Source: a virus. Taken from it: a stretch of 40,367 bases of DNA. The translations under genes were made by a program, and so were the position numbers. The notes under the pieces were generated by a model. That model did not search any database, was not told the DNA's origin, and was given only the letters and a program-made list of their open reading frames with translations. The stretch lies in IMG/VR virus record IMGVR_UViG_3300046045_000002, positions 1 to 40,367 of that record. One strand, given 5' to 3'. Below, piece by piece: positions 5,975-13,301 of this stretch. Each line of letters begins with the position of its first letter. Position 1 is the first letter of the stretch.

Positions 5975-7720
5975 GTGTACGCTCGGGGCATGACACCTTC
6001 AGTCCGCGCGGCCGTCGAGGTCGCCAGCGTTCACGGGGCGGCAGACGTAGCAGCTATCTACGTTAGGCAGTCCCGCAAGAAAGCTGACGGTTCCGAGGCA
6101 TCCCCCGCCGTTCAGGTCGAGGAATCCGAGAAAAAGGCTATCGCCCTCGACCTGCGGTCGCTGCCCGTCTACTCGGACGTCGGCATTTCCGGCTACGACC
6201 CGAACGCGGAGCGCCCGGCATTCGAGCGCATGCTCAAGGATGCTGCCGCCGGTAAGTTCTCGAAAATCATCGTGTACTACATGAGCCGATTCTCTCGGCA
6301 AGAGCCGCTAGAGGTGCTCGCAGTAGTCCGCGAACTCTGGTCGTACGGAATCACCATCATTTCCGTGACCGAGGGCGAATTCCGGCCCGACGACTTCGGC
6401 AGCCTCATTCACCTCCTGGCCCGACTGGAAGGAAACCACAAAGAGAGCAAGCTGAAATCAATCAACGTCAAGAAGACGAAACAAAAGGCGCGCAACCTCG
6501 GGGGCTACATGGGCGGACCACCGCCGTACGGGTTCCACACGCGCAAGGTGCTGAAAGACGGCGTGGCCATTCAGGAACTTGTGCCCGACTGGAAGGTGCA
6601 AGCACCGATCGTGCGTGACCTAGTCGCCTACATGCTGGAGCACCGCAACGACCCGGCAGACAAGTTCGGAAAGCACCCGGCGTCAATCCTCGGCGCGTGC
6701 GAATGGCTGAACGCCCACCCGCAAGCCAAACCCCGCCGTGGCGAGACGTGGAAGGACGCGAGCGTTACCCGACTGCTCATCGACCCCCGGCTAGCCGGAT
6801 TCGCCGCCGACTACGTGTACGAGAACGCAGCCGACGAGGAACGGCGCCGGAAGACACGTGCCTACGTAATCCAGCGGGACGACGACGGGCACGAGATCAT
6901 CGGAAACGAAGCAATCGTGACCCCCGCTGACTGGTACACGCTGCAAGAACACCTGCGCAGCCGGGCGAACAAAGGCCGTGCCTCGAACGGCGAATCACTG
7001 TTCGGCGGGTCGGGATTGGTCGACTGCGAGTGCGGGAAGCTGTTCACGTTCTTTTGGGCGCGCAAGACAGACGTCAAGAACTACCGGTGCCCGCGCACCC
7101 GTGTGGACGACGTCGGCCGGACGCACGACGGCGGGAACAGCATTTCGGCGCTGCACCTCGAAGACTGGGTTGCCCGACGCATCTTCGCGCTGATCACCAC
7201 ATCGGCGGGCGACGAGGAAACGCAAGAAATCCTGCTAGAGGCGACTAGGCGCTACGGACGGCGCGTCGAGGCACCGCAGACGGCGGGCGAGCGCACAGAG
7301 CTGGTCCGCGCACGTGCGGCCGACACACAAGCGCTGAACGACCTATACGACCGCGAAGAAGCGGGCGACTACGACGACCCGATCGGCCGAAAGCGGTTCC
7401 GTGACCGCAAAGACAAGATCTTGACCCGGATCAAGGCAGCCGAAAGCCGCCTAGCCGAACTGGACACGATCGAGACACCGGCGCTACCTATCGAGCAGTG
7501 GCTACCCGAGGACGCCGACGCCGACCCGATCGGCCCGGGGTCGTGGTGGCACGGCGCAAGCCTCGACCAGCGTCGGGACATGGTGGCGCTGTTCGTAGAG
7601 CGCATCACGGTCCATAAGGCGGCAAGCAAGGGCGGCAACTACAACGGCGTGGTGTTCAACGCTGGCAGCCGCGCGGAGATTACGTGGGCGAGGCCGCACG
7701 ACGACGAGGAAGACGCCTAG
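5975..7720 (+). CDS. int: Large serine recombinase (integrase)
   Basis: 581 aa. N-terminal resolvase-type motif AAIYVRQSRKK, zinc-ribbon-like CECGK...YRCPR and a C-terminal coiled-coil-like region. The start is either GTG 5975 or ATG 5990. Confidence 0.9.
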   Translation: MYARGMTPSVRAAVEVASVHGAADVAAIYVRQSRKKADGSEASPAVQVEESEKKAIALDLRSLPVYSDVGISGYDPNAERPAFERMLKDAAAGKFSKIIVYYMSRFSRQEPLEVLAVVRELWSYGITIISVTEGEFRPDDFGSLIHLLARLEGNHKESKLKSINVKKTKQKARNLGGYMGGPPPYGFHTRKVLKDGVAIQELVPDWKVQAPIVRDLVAYMLEHRNDPADKFGKHPASILGACEWLNAHPQAKPRRGETWKDASVTRLLIDPRLAGFAADYVYENAADEERRRKTRAYVIQRDDDGHEIIGNEAIVTPADWYTLQEHLRSRANKGRASNGESLFGGSGLVDCECGKLFTFFWARKTDVKNYRCPRTRVDDVGRTHDGGNSISALHLEDWVARRIFALITTSAGDEETQEILLEATRRYGRRVEAPQTAGERTELVRARAADTQALNDLYDREEAGDYDDPIGRKRFRDRKDKILTRIKAAESRLAELDTIETPALPIEQWLPEDADADPIGPGSWWHGASLDQRRDMVALFVERITVHKAASKGGNYNGVVFNAGSRAEITWARPHDDEEDA

Positions 7721-7743
7721 ACGGCGCTGTGAGCCCCTGGACG

Positions 7744-7779
7744 GCCCCGGATGGTCCCTGCGACTGTCCGGGGCTTTTT
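7744..7779 (+). terminator. Intrinsic terminator after int
   Basis: gccccgga (7744..7751) / tccggggc (7767..7774) followed by ttttt. Confidence 0.65.
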
Positions 7780-7872
7780 CGTGCGCTCAGACGGCCGTCT
7801 GTGGCTTTGGGGTGGTCGGCATAAGCGGAGCGCGACCGTCCGGTTACCTGGGGTGGTCAGACAGCGGGGGTG

Positions 7873-7966
7873 GGATGACGAATGACGAATTTGATAGTCA
7901 TCTGTGTATCCCTTAAGAGCCTCTATAGACATACCGAGATCGTTGTTCGTTTCGTCATTCGTCATC
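7873..7966. repeat. Inverted-arm element, copy A (94 nt)
   Basis: The arm GATGACGAATGACGAA (7874..7889) is perfectly complementary to TTCGTCATTCGTCATC (7951..7966). The 27-nt core gtatcccttaagagcctctatagacat (7906..7932) is identical to the core of copy B. Confidence 0.9.
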
Positions 7967-7968
7967 AC

Positions 7969-7986
7969 GTAAACCGTTGCGCTCTA
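7969..7986 (+). promoter_or_regulatory. Early-gene motif copy 2 (GTAAACCGTTGCGCTCTA), upstream of the tRNA cluster
   Basis: 2 nt after element A and 129 nt upstream of the first tRNA. Confidence 0.55.
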
Positions 7987-8115
7987 GTAGGGAGTGAGGG
8001 AAGGTTCCCGCGCACGAATCTAAAACACTCCTCGGCGGACCGAGGACTTCCCCAAAATCCGCCCGGCGGTCGACTCCCGTGTCTCTCTCCCACGGTTTGA
8101 GCCTGCCGGGCACCT

Positions 8116-8188
8116 TGACGCGTAGCTCAGTCGGCAGAGCAAGGGATTGTTAATCCCTGGGTCGTTGGTTCGAGTCCAACCGTGTCAG
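8116..8188 (+). tRNA. tRNA-Asn (anticodon GTT)
   Basis: Cloverleaf folded by hand: acceptor tgacgcg/cgtgtca, anticodon stem aggga/tccct with loop ttGTTaa, T-arm gttgg-ttcgagt-ccaac. Confidence 0.85.
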
Positions 8189-8265
8189 CGGAGCGTACGA
8201 CGACCCCGTTTGAGGGGCTACGGGTGGCATGCACTCCCCAACCGCAGAGGCGGTTTCGTACGCAA

Positions 8266-8342
8266 CGGCATATAGCTCGAAGCGTGGTTAGAGCGCCGGT
8301 CTGATAAACCGGAGGTTCCAGGTTCGACCCCTGGTGTGCCGA
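8266..8342 (+). tRNA. tRNA-Ile (anticodon GAT)
   Basis: Acceptor cggcata/tgtgccg, anticodon stem ccggt/accgg with loop ctGATaa, T-arm ccagg-ttcgacc-cctgg. Confidence 0.85.
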
Positions 8343-8452
8343 CTGGTGGTAGCCCGTAAGGCCGTGACTGGCATGACTGGCACCACCCTGGGTGAAACCG
8401 GCCCTCACTGCCCGACTAGTCATCGGGTAAGCGGGCGGCGAGTAGCCCTCAA

Positions 8453-8529
8453 GCCGCGTTAGCCCAATCGGTAGAGGCGTCGGTCTTAGGAACCGAAGGT
8501 TAGGGGTTCGAATCCCTTACGCGGTACCA
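8453..8529 (+). tRNA. tRNA with anticodon TAG (Leu by anticodon), short 5-nt variable loop, encoded CCA
   Basis: Acceptor gccgcgt/acgcggt, anticodon stem tcggt/accga with loop ctTAGga (anticodon 8487..8489), T-arm agggg-ttcgaat-ccctt, discriminator A, 3-prime cca. Confidence 0.75.
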
Positions 8530-8530
8530 C

Positions 8531-8553
8531 GACCTACTAGTCACTAGTAGGTG
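8531..8553. repeat. 23-bp palindrome copy 4 (centre tca; first base g instead of c)
   Basis: gacctactagtcactagtaggtg, starting 2 nt after the last tRNA. Confidence 0.9.
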
Positions 8554-8572
8554 CTCATGAAAGGCGGTCCCG

Positions 8573-8833
8573 GTGGCCATTGCTACTTACCGGCGTTCCC
8601 GCCACGTTCCCGCGCATGATGCGGCTGCCCGTTGGCGCCGTGCGCTCAATCGCGCTGCCTACGTCGGTTGTAACCGATGTGGTGGCGCTTTCGCTCCGTC
8701 TGACGTCGAGGTCGACCATATTCGGCCCCTTGCCCTCGGTGGCGAGGACGTAGAGAGCAACATTCAGACCCTTTGCATTCCGTGTCACGTTGCCAAGACT
8801 CGCGAGGAATTCCAATATGCCGCAGCCGGGTGA
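8573..8833 (+). CDS. HNH endonuclease (86 aa)
   Basis: DHIRPLALGGEDVESNIQTLCIPCHVAKT. GTG start 19 nt after the palindrome. Confidence 0.8.
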   Translation: MAIATYRRSRHVPAHDAAARWRRALNRAAYVGCNRCGGAFAPSDVEVDHIRPLALGGEDVESNIQTLCIPCHVAKTREEFQYAAAG

Positions 8834-9302
8834 TTTCGGCGTAGTCCAAATCCACGGCTACGGCGGAAAGCTGATTTCTTTCGGGCAAGCCCTTATCGGC
8901 TGTCCCTCGCGTTTCTCTCACGTGTTCCTCGTTCTCGACAATGGGGAAATCGTTCAGGGCGAGCCCGGCGGAGCGAAGATTTATCCGGCGTCCGTGATGG
9001 ATGGTCGAGGCGCTGTGTACAGCAACCTGCCGCTTACCACTGAACAGCGTGCCGCAATCGTCTCTGCGGGCCGTTCGCTGGTCGGCACACCCTATTCATG
9101 GGCCGACTACGCGGCTATCGGTTTCCAGCGCCTAGGGCTGCCGTCTAAGGCACTGGCCGACTATGTGGCCGACAGTGGCCACATGATCTGTAGTCAGCTT
9201 GTGGCCGAGGCGTACGATCGCGCGGGTATTCCGCTGTTCCCTAATCGCGCGCCCGGTAATTGTGCGCCCGGTGATTTGGCGAGATTGATCGGGGCTAAGT
9301 AA
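8817..9302 (+). CDS. Papain-like (NlpC/P60 or YiiX-type) cysteine peptidase or amidase-like protein
   Basis: 161 aa. ATG preceded by gaggaattccaat. Candidate catalytic residues are SHVFLV (His) and MICSQLV (Cys). The family call is tentative. Confidence 0.45.
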   Translation: MPQPGDFGVVQIHGYGGKLISFGQALIGCPSRFSHVFLVLDNGEIVQGEPGGAKIYPASVMDGRGAVYSNLPLTTEQRAAIVSAGRSLVGTPYSWADYAAIGFQRLGLPSKALADYVADSGHMICSQLVAEAYDRAGIPLFPNRAPGNCAPGDLARLIGAK

Positions 9303-9652
9303 TGCCCCGTAGACCCTGCCTAGATTGCGGTCGTCTTACAGCCAACCCTAGCCGCTGTGATGCCCATATGGCCGTGTGGAATGCACGGGTGGAACGTCGT
9401 AGGGGTTCATCGACTGCAAGAGGCTATGGCGCTGCGTGGCGCAAGGTAGCGCGCGTGGTGCTGGATAAGCACCGTTCTACCTATGGTCACTACTGCCCAG
9501 GGTTCGAGGTTCCTCCCCATGCTGCTAGTGACCTCACTGTGGACCACATCAAGCCTCGGTCCCTCGGCGGCACCGACCAGCCGGACAACCTTCGTGTTCT
9601 CTGTCGGGCTTGCAACAGTCGCAAGCACAATCGCCCACCGGTCGCGCTGTAG
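9302..9652 (+). CDS. HNH endonuclease (116 aa)
   Basis: DHIKPRSLGGTDQPDNLRVLCRACNSRKHN. N-terminal CLDCG...C zinc ribbon. Confidence 0.85.
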   Translation: MPRRPCLDCGRLTANPSRCDAHMAVWNARVERRRGSSTARGYGAAWRKVARVVLDKHRSTYGHYCPGFEVPPHAASDLTVDHIKPRSLGGTDQPDNLRVLCRACNSRKHNRPPVAL

Positions 9653-9835
9653 GTGACGTTCCGAGGTCGCTACCTCGCTGTATCACAGAGTGTAGCTACC
9701 AATTCGGACATTATGTGCAGTAGGGGGGCATACCAAATCTCTTGCGACTACCATCTAGTGGACCCGGGCCCAGGGGAAAAACACATGGCCGCAGGTTAGG
9801 GGGTGGGGGGTCTGGCCCCGAAATCCCCGAAAAAC
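9653..9835. other. Candidate cos / packaging-recognition region
   Basis: 183-bp non-coding gap between the HNH and terS genes. G-runs tagggggg (9721..) and ttagggggtggggggtctggcccc (9796..9819). Three gctacc/actacc repeats. The ends themselves cannot be read from the sequence. Confidence 0.3.
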
Positions 9836-9858
9836 CACCTACTAGTGACTAGTAGGTG
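9836..9858. repeat. 23-bp palindrome copy 5 (centre tga)
   Basis: cacctactagtgactagtaggtg, 21 nt upstream of the terS ATG. Confidence 0.95.
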
Positions 9859-9879
9859 ACCGAAAGGGGGCGAAAACCC

Positions 9880-10347
9880 ATGTCGGGACCGCCCCCGATG
9901 CCAAACGAGCGGAAACGGAAGCTAGGTAACCCTGGGAAGCGGGCACTACCCGTCGTCGCCGAGGTCGCCGACGCTGTACCGCTCGAAAATCCCGCCCCGC
10001 TCCACCTAAAGGCCGAGGGTCGGAAGCTGTGGGAGCGCGTCACGTATGGCGCCCATTGGCTAGCCGAATCGGACACGCCCACACTCACGCTGTTGTGCGA
10101 GAAATACGACCGTCGCGCGCAATTCCTCGCCGACCTCGCCCGCACGGACGCCGTTCTTTTTACGGATAAGGGTTACGCCTATCCGAATCCGCTGGTCGGC
10201 ATGCTGTCGACTATCGAAAACGAAATCGCCCGCCTATTCAGCGCGCTGGGACTCACGCCGACCGACCGAACCCGTATGGGTGTCGCCGAGGTCAAGGCCC
10301 GGAATGCGTTCGAGGAGATGCTAGCGAGGCGACAAGAGAGGGGATAA
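9880..10347 (+). CDS. Terminase small subunit (P27-like)
   Basis: N-terminal NERKRKLGNPGKR motif. ATG preceded by aaagggggcgaaaaccc. Lies directly upstream of terL. Confidence 0.75.
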   Translation: MSGPPPMPNERKRKLGNPGKRALPVVAEVADAVPLENPAPLHLKAEGRKLWERVTYGAHWLAESDTPTLTLLCEKYDRRAQFLADLARTDAVLFTDKGYAYPNPLVGMLSTIENEIARLFSALGLTPTDRTRMGVAEVKARNAFEEMLARRQERG

Positions 10348-10350
10348 CGC

Positions 10351-11865
10351 TTGACGCACCCTCTCTACCTAACGCCCGTCGCCCCCGAGGAAATGGTGAG
10401 CGGCGACGGCCCCGACTTTAACGACTTCACGCAGTTTCTCCGGGTCACAAAGGACTCGATCGGCGGTAGTGCGGGCGAAATCCTCGTGATGCGCCCGTGG
10501 CAGATCGAGCTAATGGATAGGCTCTACGCCCGACGCGCCGACGGCCGACTAAAGCACCGCACAGCGCTCATCGGAATGCCGCGAAAGAACGGCAAGAGCG
10601 CGCTAGCTGCCGGTATTGCGCTGTTCGGCCTAGCTTTCGGCCCCCGTGGTGGCGAAGTCTTTTCCTGCGCTGGTGACAAGGAACAAGCGCGGATCGTTTT
10701 CTCGACCACTAAGCAAATGGTCGAAATGGAGCCGCAATTCGGCTCCATGTTCAAGTGTTATCGCGACGCTATCGAGTTTCCGGCGACGGGCAGCGTTTAC
10801 CGCGTCCTTTCCGCCGAGGCGTACACGAAAGAGGGTCTAAACCCGCACCTTGTCATTTTCGATGAGGTGCACGTTCAGCCCAATCGTGAACTGTGGGACG
10901 TTATGGCGCTCGCTTCGGGCGCCCGTCGTGAGCCGATGATGGTCGGCATTACCACAGCGGGGGTTAAGACCGACTCGACCGGCGGCGACAGCACGTGCTA
11001 TCAGCTCTATCAGCACGGAATGCGCGTTGCCTCGGGCGAGGTGTCCGACCCCGGGTTCTTTATGTCGTGGTGGGGTGCCCCCGAGGGTGCCGTTCACACC
11101 GACCCCGCTGTGTGGGAAGCCTCGAACCCCGGCTTTGACGACATTGTGTCGCGCGAGGATTTCGAGTCGGCCGTGTTGCGTACTCCCGAGAGTGAGTTTC
11201 GCACGAAGCGCCTCAACCAATGGGTGTCGACGGCGCAAGCGTGGCTGCCCGCTGGTACGTGGGAAGCGTGCGAGGACGCCGAGGCGACCATTCCCGACGG
11301 CACCGAGGTAGTTCTAGGGTTCGACGGGTCGTTCTCGAACGACTCGACGGCTATCACGGTCGTTAGGTGCCCGCAGGGCGAGGACGACAAGCCACACATA
11401 GACGTCGTGGCAGCGTGGGAAAAGCCCCGGGAATCGGGCAACGATTGGCGCGTTGACATTCTCGACGTCGAGGCGGAGATTCGGGCAGCCTGCCGACGCT
11501 GGCAGGTGCGAGAGATCGTGTGTGACCCCTATCGGTGGGCGCGCACGTATCAGGTTCTCGAAGACGAGGGTTTGCCGGTCGTTGAGTACCCGCAAAGCCC
11601 CGCCCGCATGGTTCCCGCCACGCAACGCTTTTTCGAGTCGGTGCTGAACAAGACCGTCACTCATTCCGGCGATCAGCGCCTAGCCCGACACCTCGCGAAC
11701 TGTGTGATCCGCACGGACTCCCGAGGCAGCCGGATCACTAAGGACGCTAAGAACTCGCCTCGGAAAATCGACCTCGCTGTCAGTGCCGTGATGGCGCTGG
11801 ACCGGGCGTGTGTCGAGCCGGAACCCGAACCAATTCCGCAGTTCTTTTCGTGGGCCGACCTATAG
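10351..11865 (+). CDS. Terminase large subunit
   Basis: 504 aa. Walker A-like GMPRKNGKS and Walker B-like LVIFDEVH. TTG start preceded by gagagggg. Confidence 0.9.
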   Translation: MTHPLYLTPVAPEEMVSGDGPDFNDFTQFLRVTKDSIGGSAGEILVMRPWQIELMDRLYARRADGRLKHRTALIGMPRKNGKSALAAGIALFGLAFGPRGGEVFSCAGDKEQARIVFSTTKQMVEMEPQFGSMFKCYRDAIEFPATGSVYRVLSAEAYTKEGLNPHLVIFDEVHVQPNRELWDVMALASGARREPMMVGITTAGVKTDSTGGDSTCYQLYQHGMRVASGEVSDPGFFMSWWGAPEGAVHTDPAVWEASNPGFDDIVSREDFESAVLRTPESEFRTKRLNQWVSTAQAWLPAGTWEACEDAEATIPDGTEVVLGFDGSFSNDSTAITVVRCPQGEDDKPHIDVVAAWEKPRESGNDWRVDILDVEAEIRAACRRWQVREIVCDPYRWARTYQVLEDEGLPVVEYPQSPARMVPATQRFFESVLNKTVTHSGDQRLARHLANCVIRTDSRGSRITKDAKNSPRKIDLAVSAVMALDRACVEPEPEPIPQFFSWADL

Positions 11866-11872
11866 GGGCGCT

Positions 11873-12070
11873 ATGGAGCAACAGAAGACGTCCCTACGGG
11901 AACGACTAAGGGGTCTACGGGCCCGAATACCGCGCAGCGCGACGGCCGACGCTTTCGACGTAAGCGGCCTCGGCTGCCTAGTCGGCGCCGCGTGGTGGTG
12001 GCAACCCATTGTCGGCCTTACTGCCCTCGGCCTCGCGCTGCTACTAGCAGGGTGGGTAACGAGTGATTAA
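11873..12070 (+). CDS. Small membrane protein (65 aa)
   Basis: C-terminal hydrophobic segments LGCLVGAAWWW and GLTALGLALLLAGW. Confidence 0.5.
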   Translation: MEQQKTSLRERLRGLRARIPRSATADAFDVSGLGCLVGAAWWWQPIVGLTALGLALLLAGWVTSD

Positions 12071-13301
12071 GCGTGCAATGCAGAAGCGCTTTTATGCGCC
12101 GTCCGGCGCCGGTGATCCGTGGGCGATTCCGACTAACGGAAGTCTGCAAGCGATCACAGCGGCGGGCGTTCAGGTCACCGACGAAACGGCAATGCAGCTA
12201 CTCGCCGTCTCGGCGTGCGTCCGCATTCTCTCGGACACGGTCGCTGGTCTGCCGTTCGACGCTGTTAAGGCTGTCGGCGAGACGCGACAGACTATCGAGC
12301 CACCGCCGGGCATTGTGTCGGACCCGTTCGGCGGTGCGAATGACAGCACGTTGCCGACACGGCGCCTAGGTGTCTCTCAGCTAATGGTTTCGCTGTTGCT
12401 GCGAGGCAATGCGTACTGCCTAGTCCTTTCCCGTGACCGGATGAACCGGCCGACCCGGCTGCGGGTTCTGCACCCGGACCGTGTCCGCTGTCAGTTCGAT
12501 GACCAGGGTAAGCGGGTGTACGAAGTCAACCGGCTGCCGGTCGACGCCGAGGACATCGTTCACATTATTGGCCTCGCCTACCCCGAGGCGCCGACCGGGA
12601 TTAGCGTGCTGTCGTACGCCCGGAACGCGATTGGCCTCGGGCTAGCCGCCGAGGAATTCGGCGCGAGATTTTTTGGCTCCGGCGCCCACATGACCGGCAT
12701 TATCGAGGTGCCCGGCGACCTCGACAAGGAACGCGCCCGAGGGCTGAAAGAGGGTTTCACCGCCTCGCACAGCGGGGTGAAGAATTCGCACTCGGTCGGC
12801 GTGCTGTCGGGTGGCGCACAGTGGAAGCCAATTTCTGTGAGCCCCGAGGACGCGCAGTTTCTCGGCACCCGCGCGGCGCAGAACCTCGACATTGCGATGT
12901 TGTTCGGAATCCCGCCGCACATGTTGGGTCAGATCGATAAGACGACCTCTTGGGGTACGGGTATCGAGCAACAGGGTTTGGCGTTCCTTACGTACACCCT
13001 CGGCCCATGGCTAGGCAGGTTCGAGGACGCGTTTAGCGCCATGCTGCCTAAGCCGCAGACGGCCCGGTTCAACGTCGACGGGCTACTTCGCACCGACGCC
13101 GCTGGACGGTACGCCGTCTATTCCGTCGCCCGGTCTGCGGGCATTCTCACGCCGAACGAGATTCGCGCCCTAGAGAACTTCCCGCCCGTTGACGGCGGCG
13201 ACAACATCGACGCCCCGCTAAACAGCAACGTCAAGCCTCTTAAGGACGCGCAAGCGGGGAAGTCGCAGCCATCTGCCGACGCACTAGGGGCGGTTCTTTA
13301 G
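12063..13301 (+). CDS. Portal protein (HK97-like)
   Basis: 412 aa, positioned between terL and the prohead protease. The start is GTG 12063 or ATG 12078. Confidence 0.85.
   Translation: MIKRAMQKRFYAPSGAGDPWAIPTNGSLQAITAAGVQVTDETAMQLLAVSACVRILSDTVAGLPFDAVKAVGETRQTIEPPPGIVSDPFGGANDSTLPTRRLGVSQLMVSLLLRGNAYCLVLSRDRMNRPTRLRVLHPDRVRCQFDDQGKRVYEVNRLPVDAEDIVHIIGLAYPEAPTGISVLSYARNAIGLGLAAEEFGARFFGSGAHMTGIIEVPGDLDKERARGLKEGFTASHSGVKNSHSVGVLSGGAQWKPISVSPEDAQFLGTRAAQNLDIAMLFGIPPHMLGQIDKTTSWGTGIEQQGLAFLTYTLGPWLGRFEDAFSAMLPKPQTARFNVDGLLRTDAAGRYAVYSVARSAGILTPNEIRALENFPPVDGGDNIDAPLNSNVKPLKDAQAGKSQPSADALGAVL

Larger units (their letters stand above)
7721..7990 (+). repeat. Duplicated intergenic module, copy A (terminator, inverted-arm element, early-gene motif)
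   Basis: Colinear similarity to 32020..32245: tgagcccct, a hairpin plus T-run, cagacgg, gacagcggg, the element and GTAAACC. Copy A carries an extra 41-bp segment (one repeat unit plus 31 nt) relative to copy B, bounded by the 10-bp direct repeat tggggtggtc (7808..7817 and 7849..7858). Confidence 0.85.

Noticed and set aside
7717-7968. Minus-strand ORFs 7717..7968 and 32016..32210, both beginning MTNDE.....GMSIEALKGY......RHSSS.
   Set aside because: The shared residues map exactly onto the conserved DNA arms and core of the duplicated element. After RHSSS the two translations are unrelated, and both run through terminator hairpins. The similarity is best explained at the DNA or RNA level. A short peptide is not fully excluded; see the finding on the duplicated module.
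8193-8263. A cloverleaf-like 71-nt structure between tRNA-Asn and tRNA-Ile, considered as a possible fourth tRNA.
   Set aside because: It has no TTCGA-type T-loop, and the would-be T-loop is only 4 nt. The anticodon stem has a mismatch and position 33 is C. It is more likely a processing spacer or a decayed tRNA.
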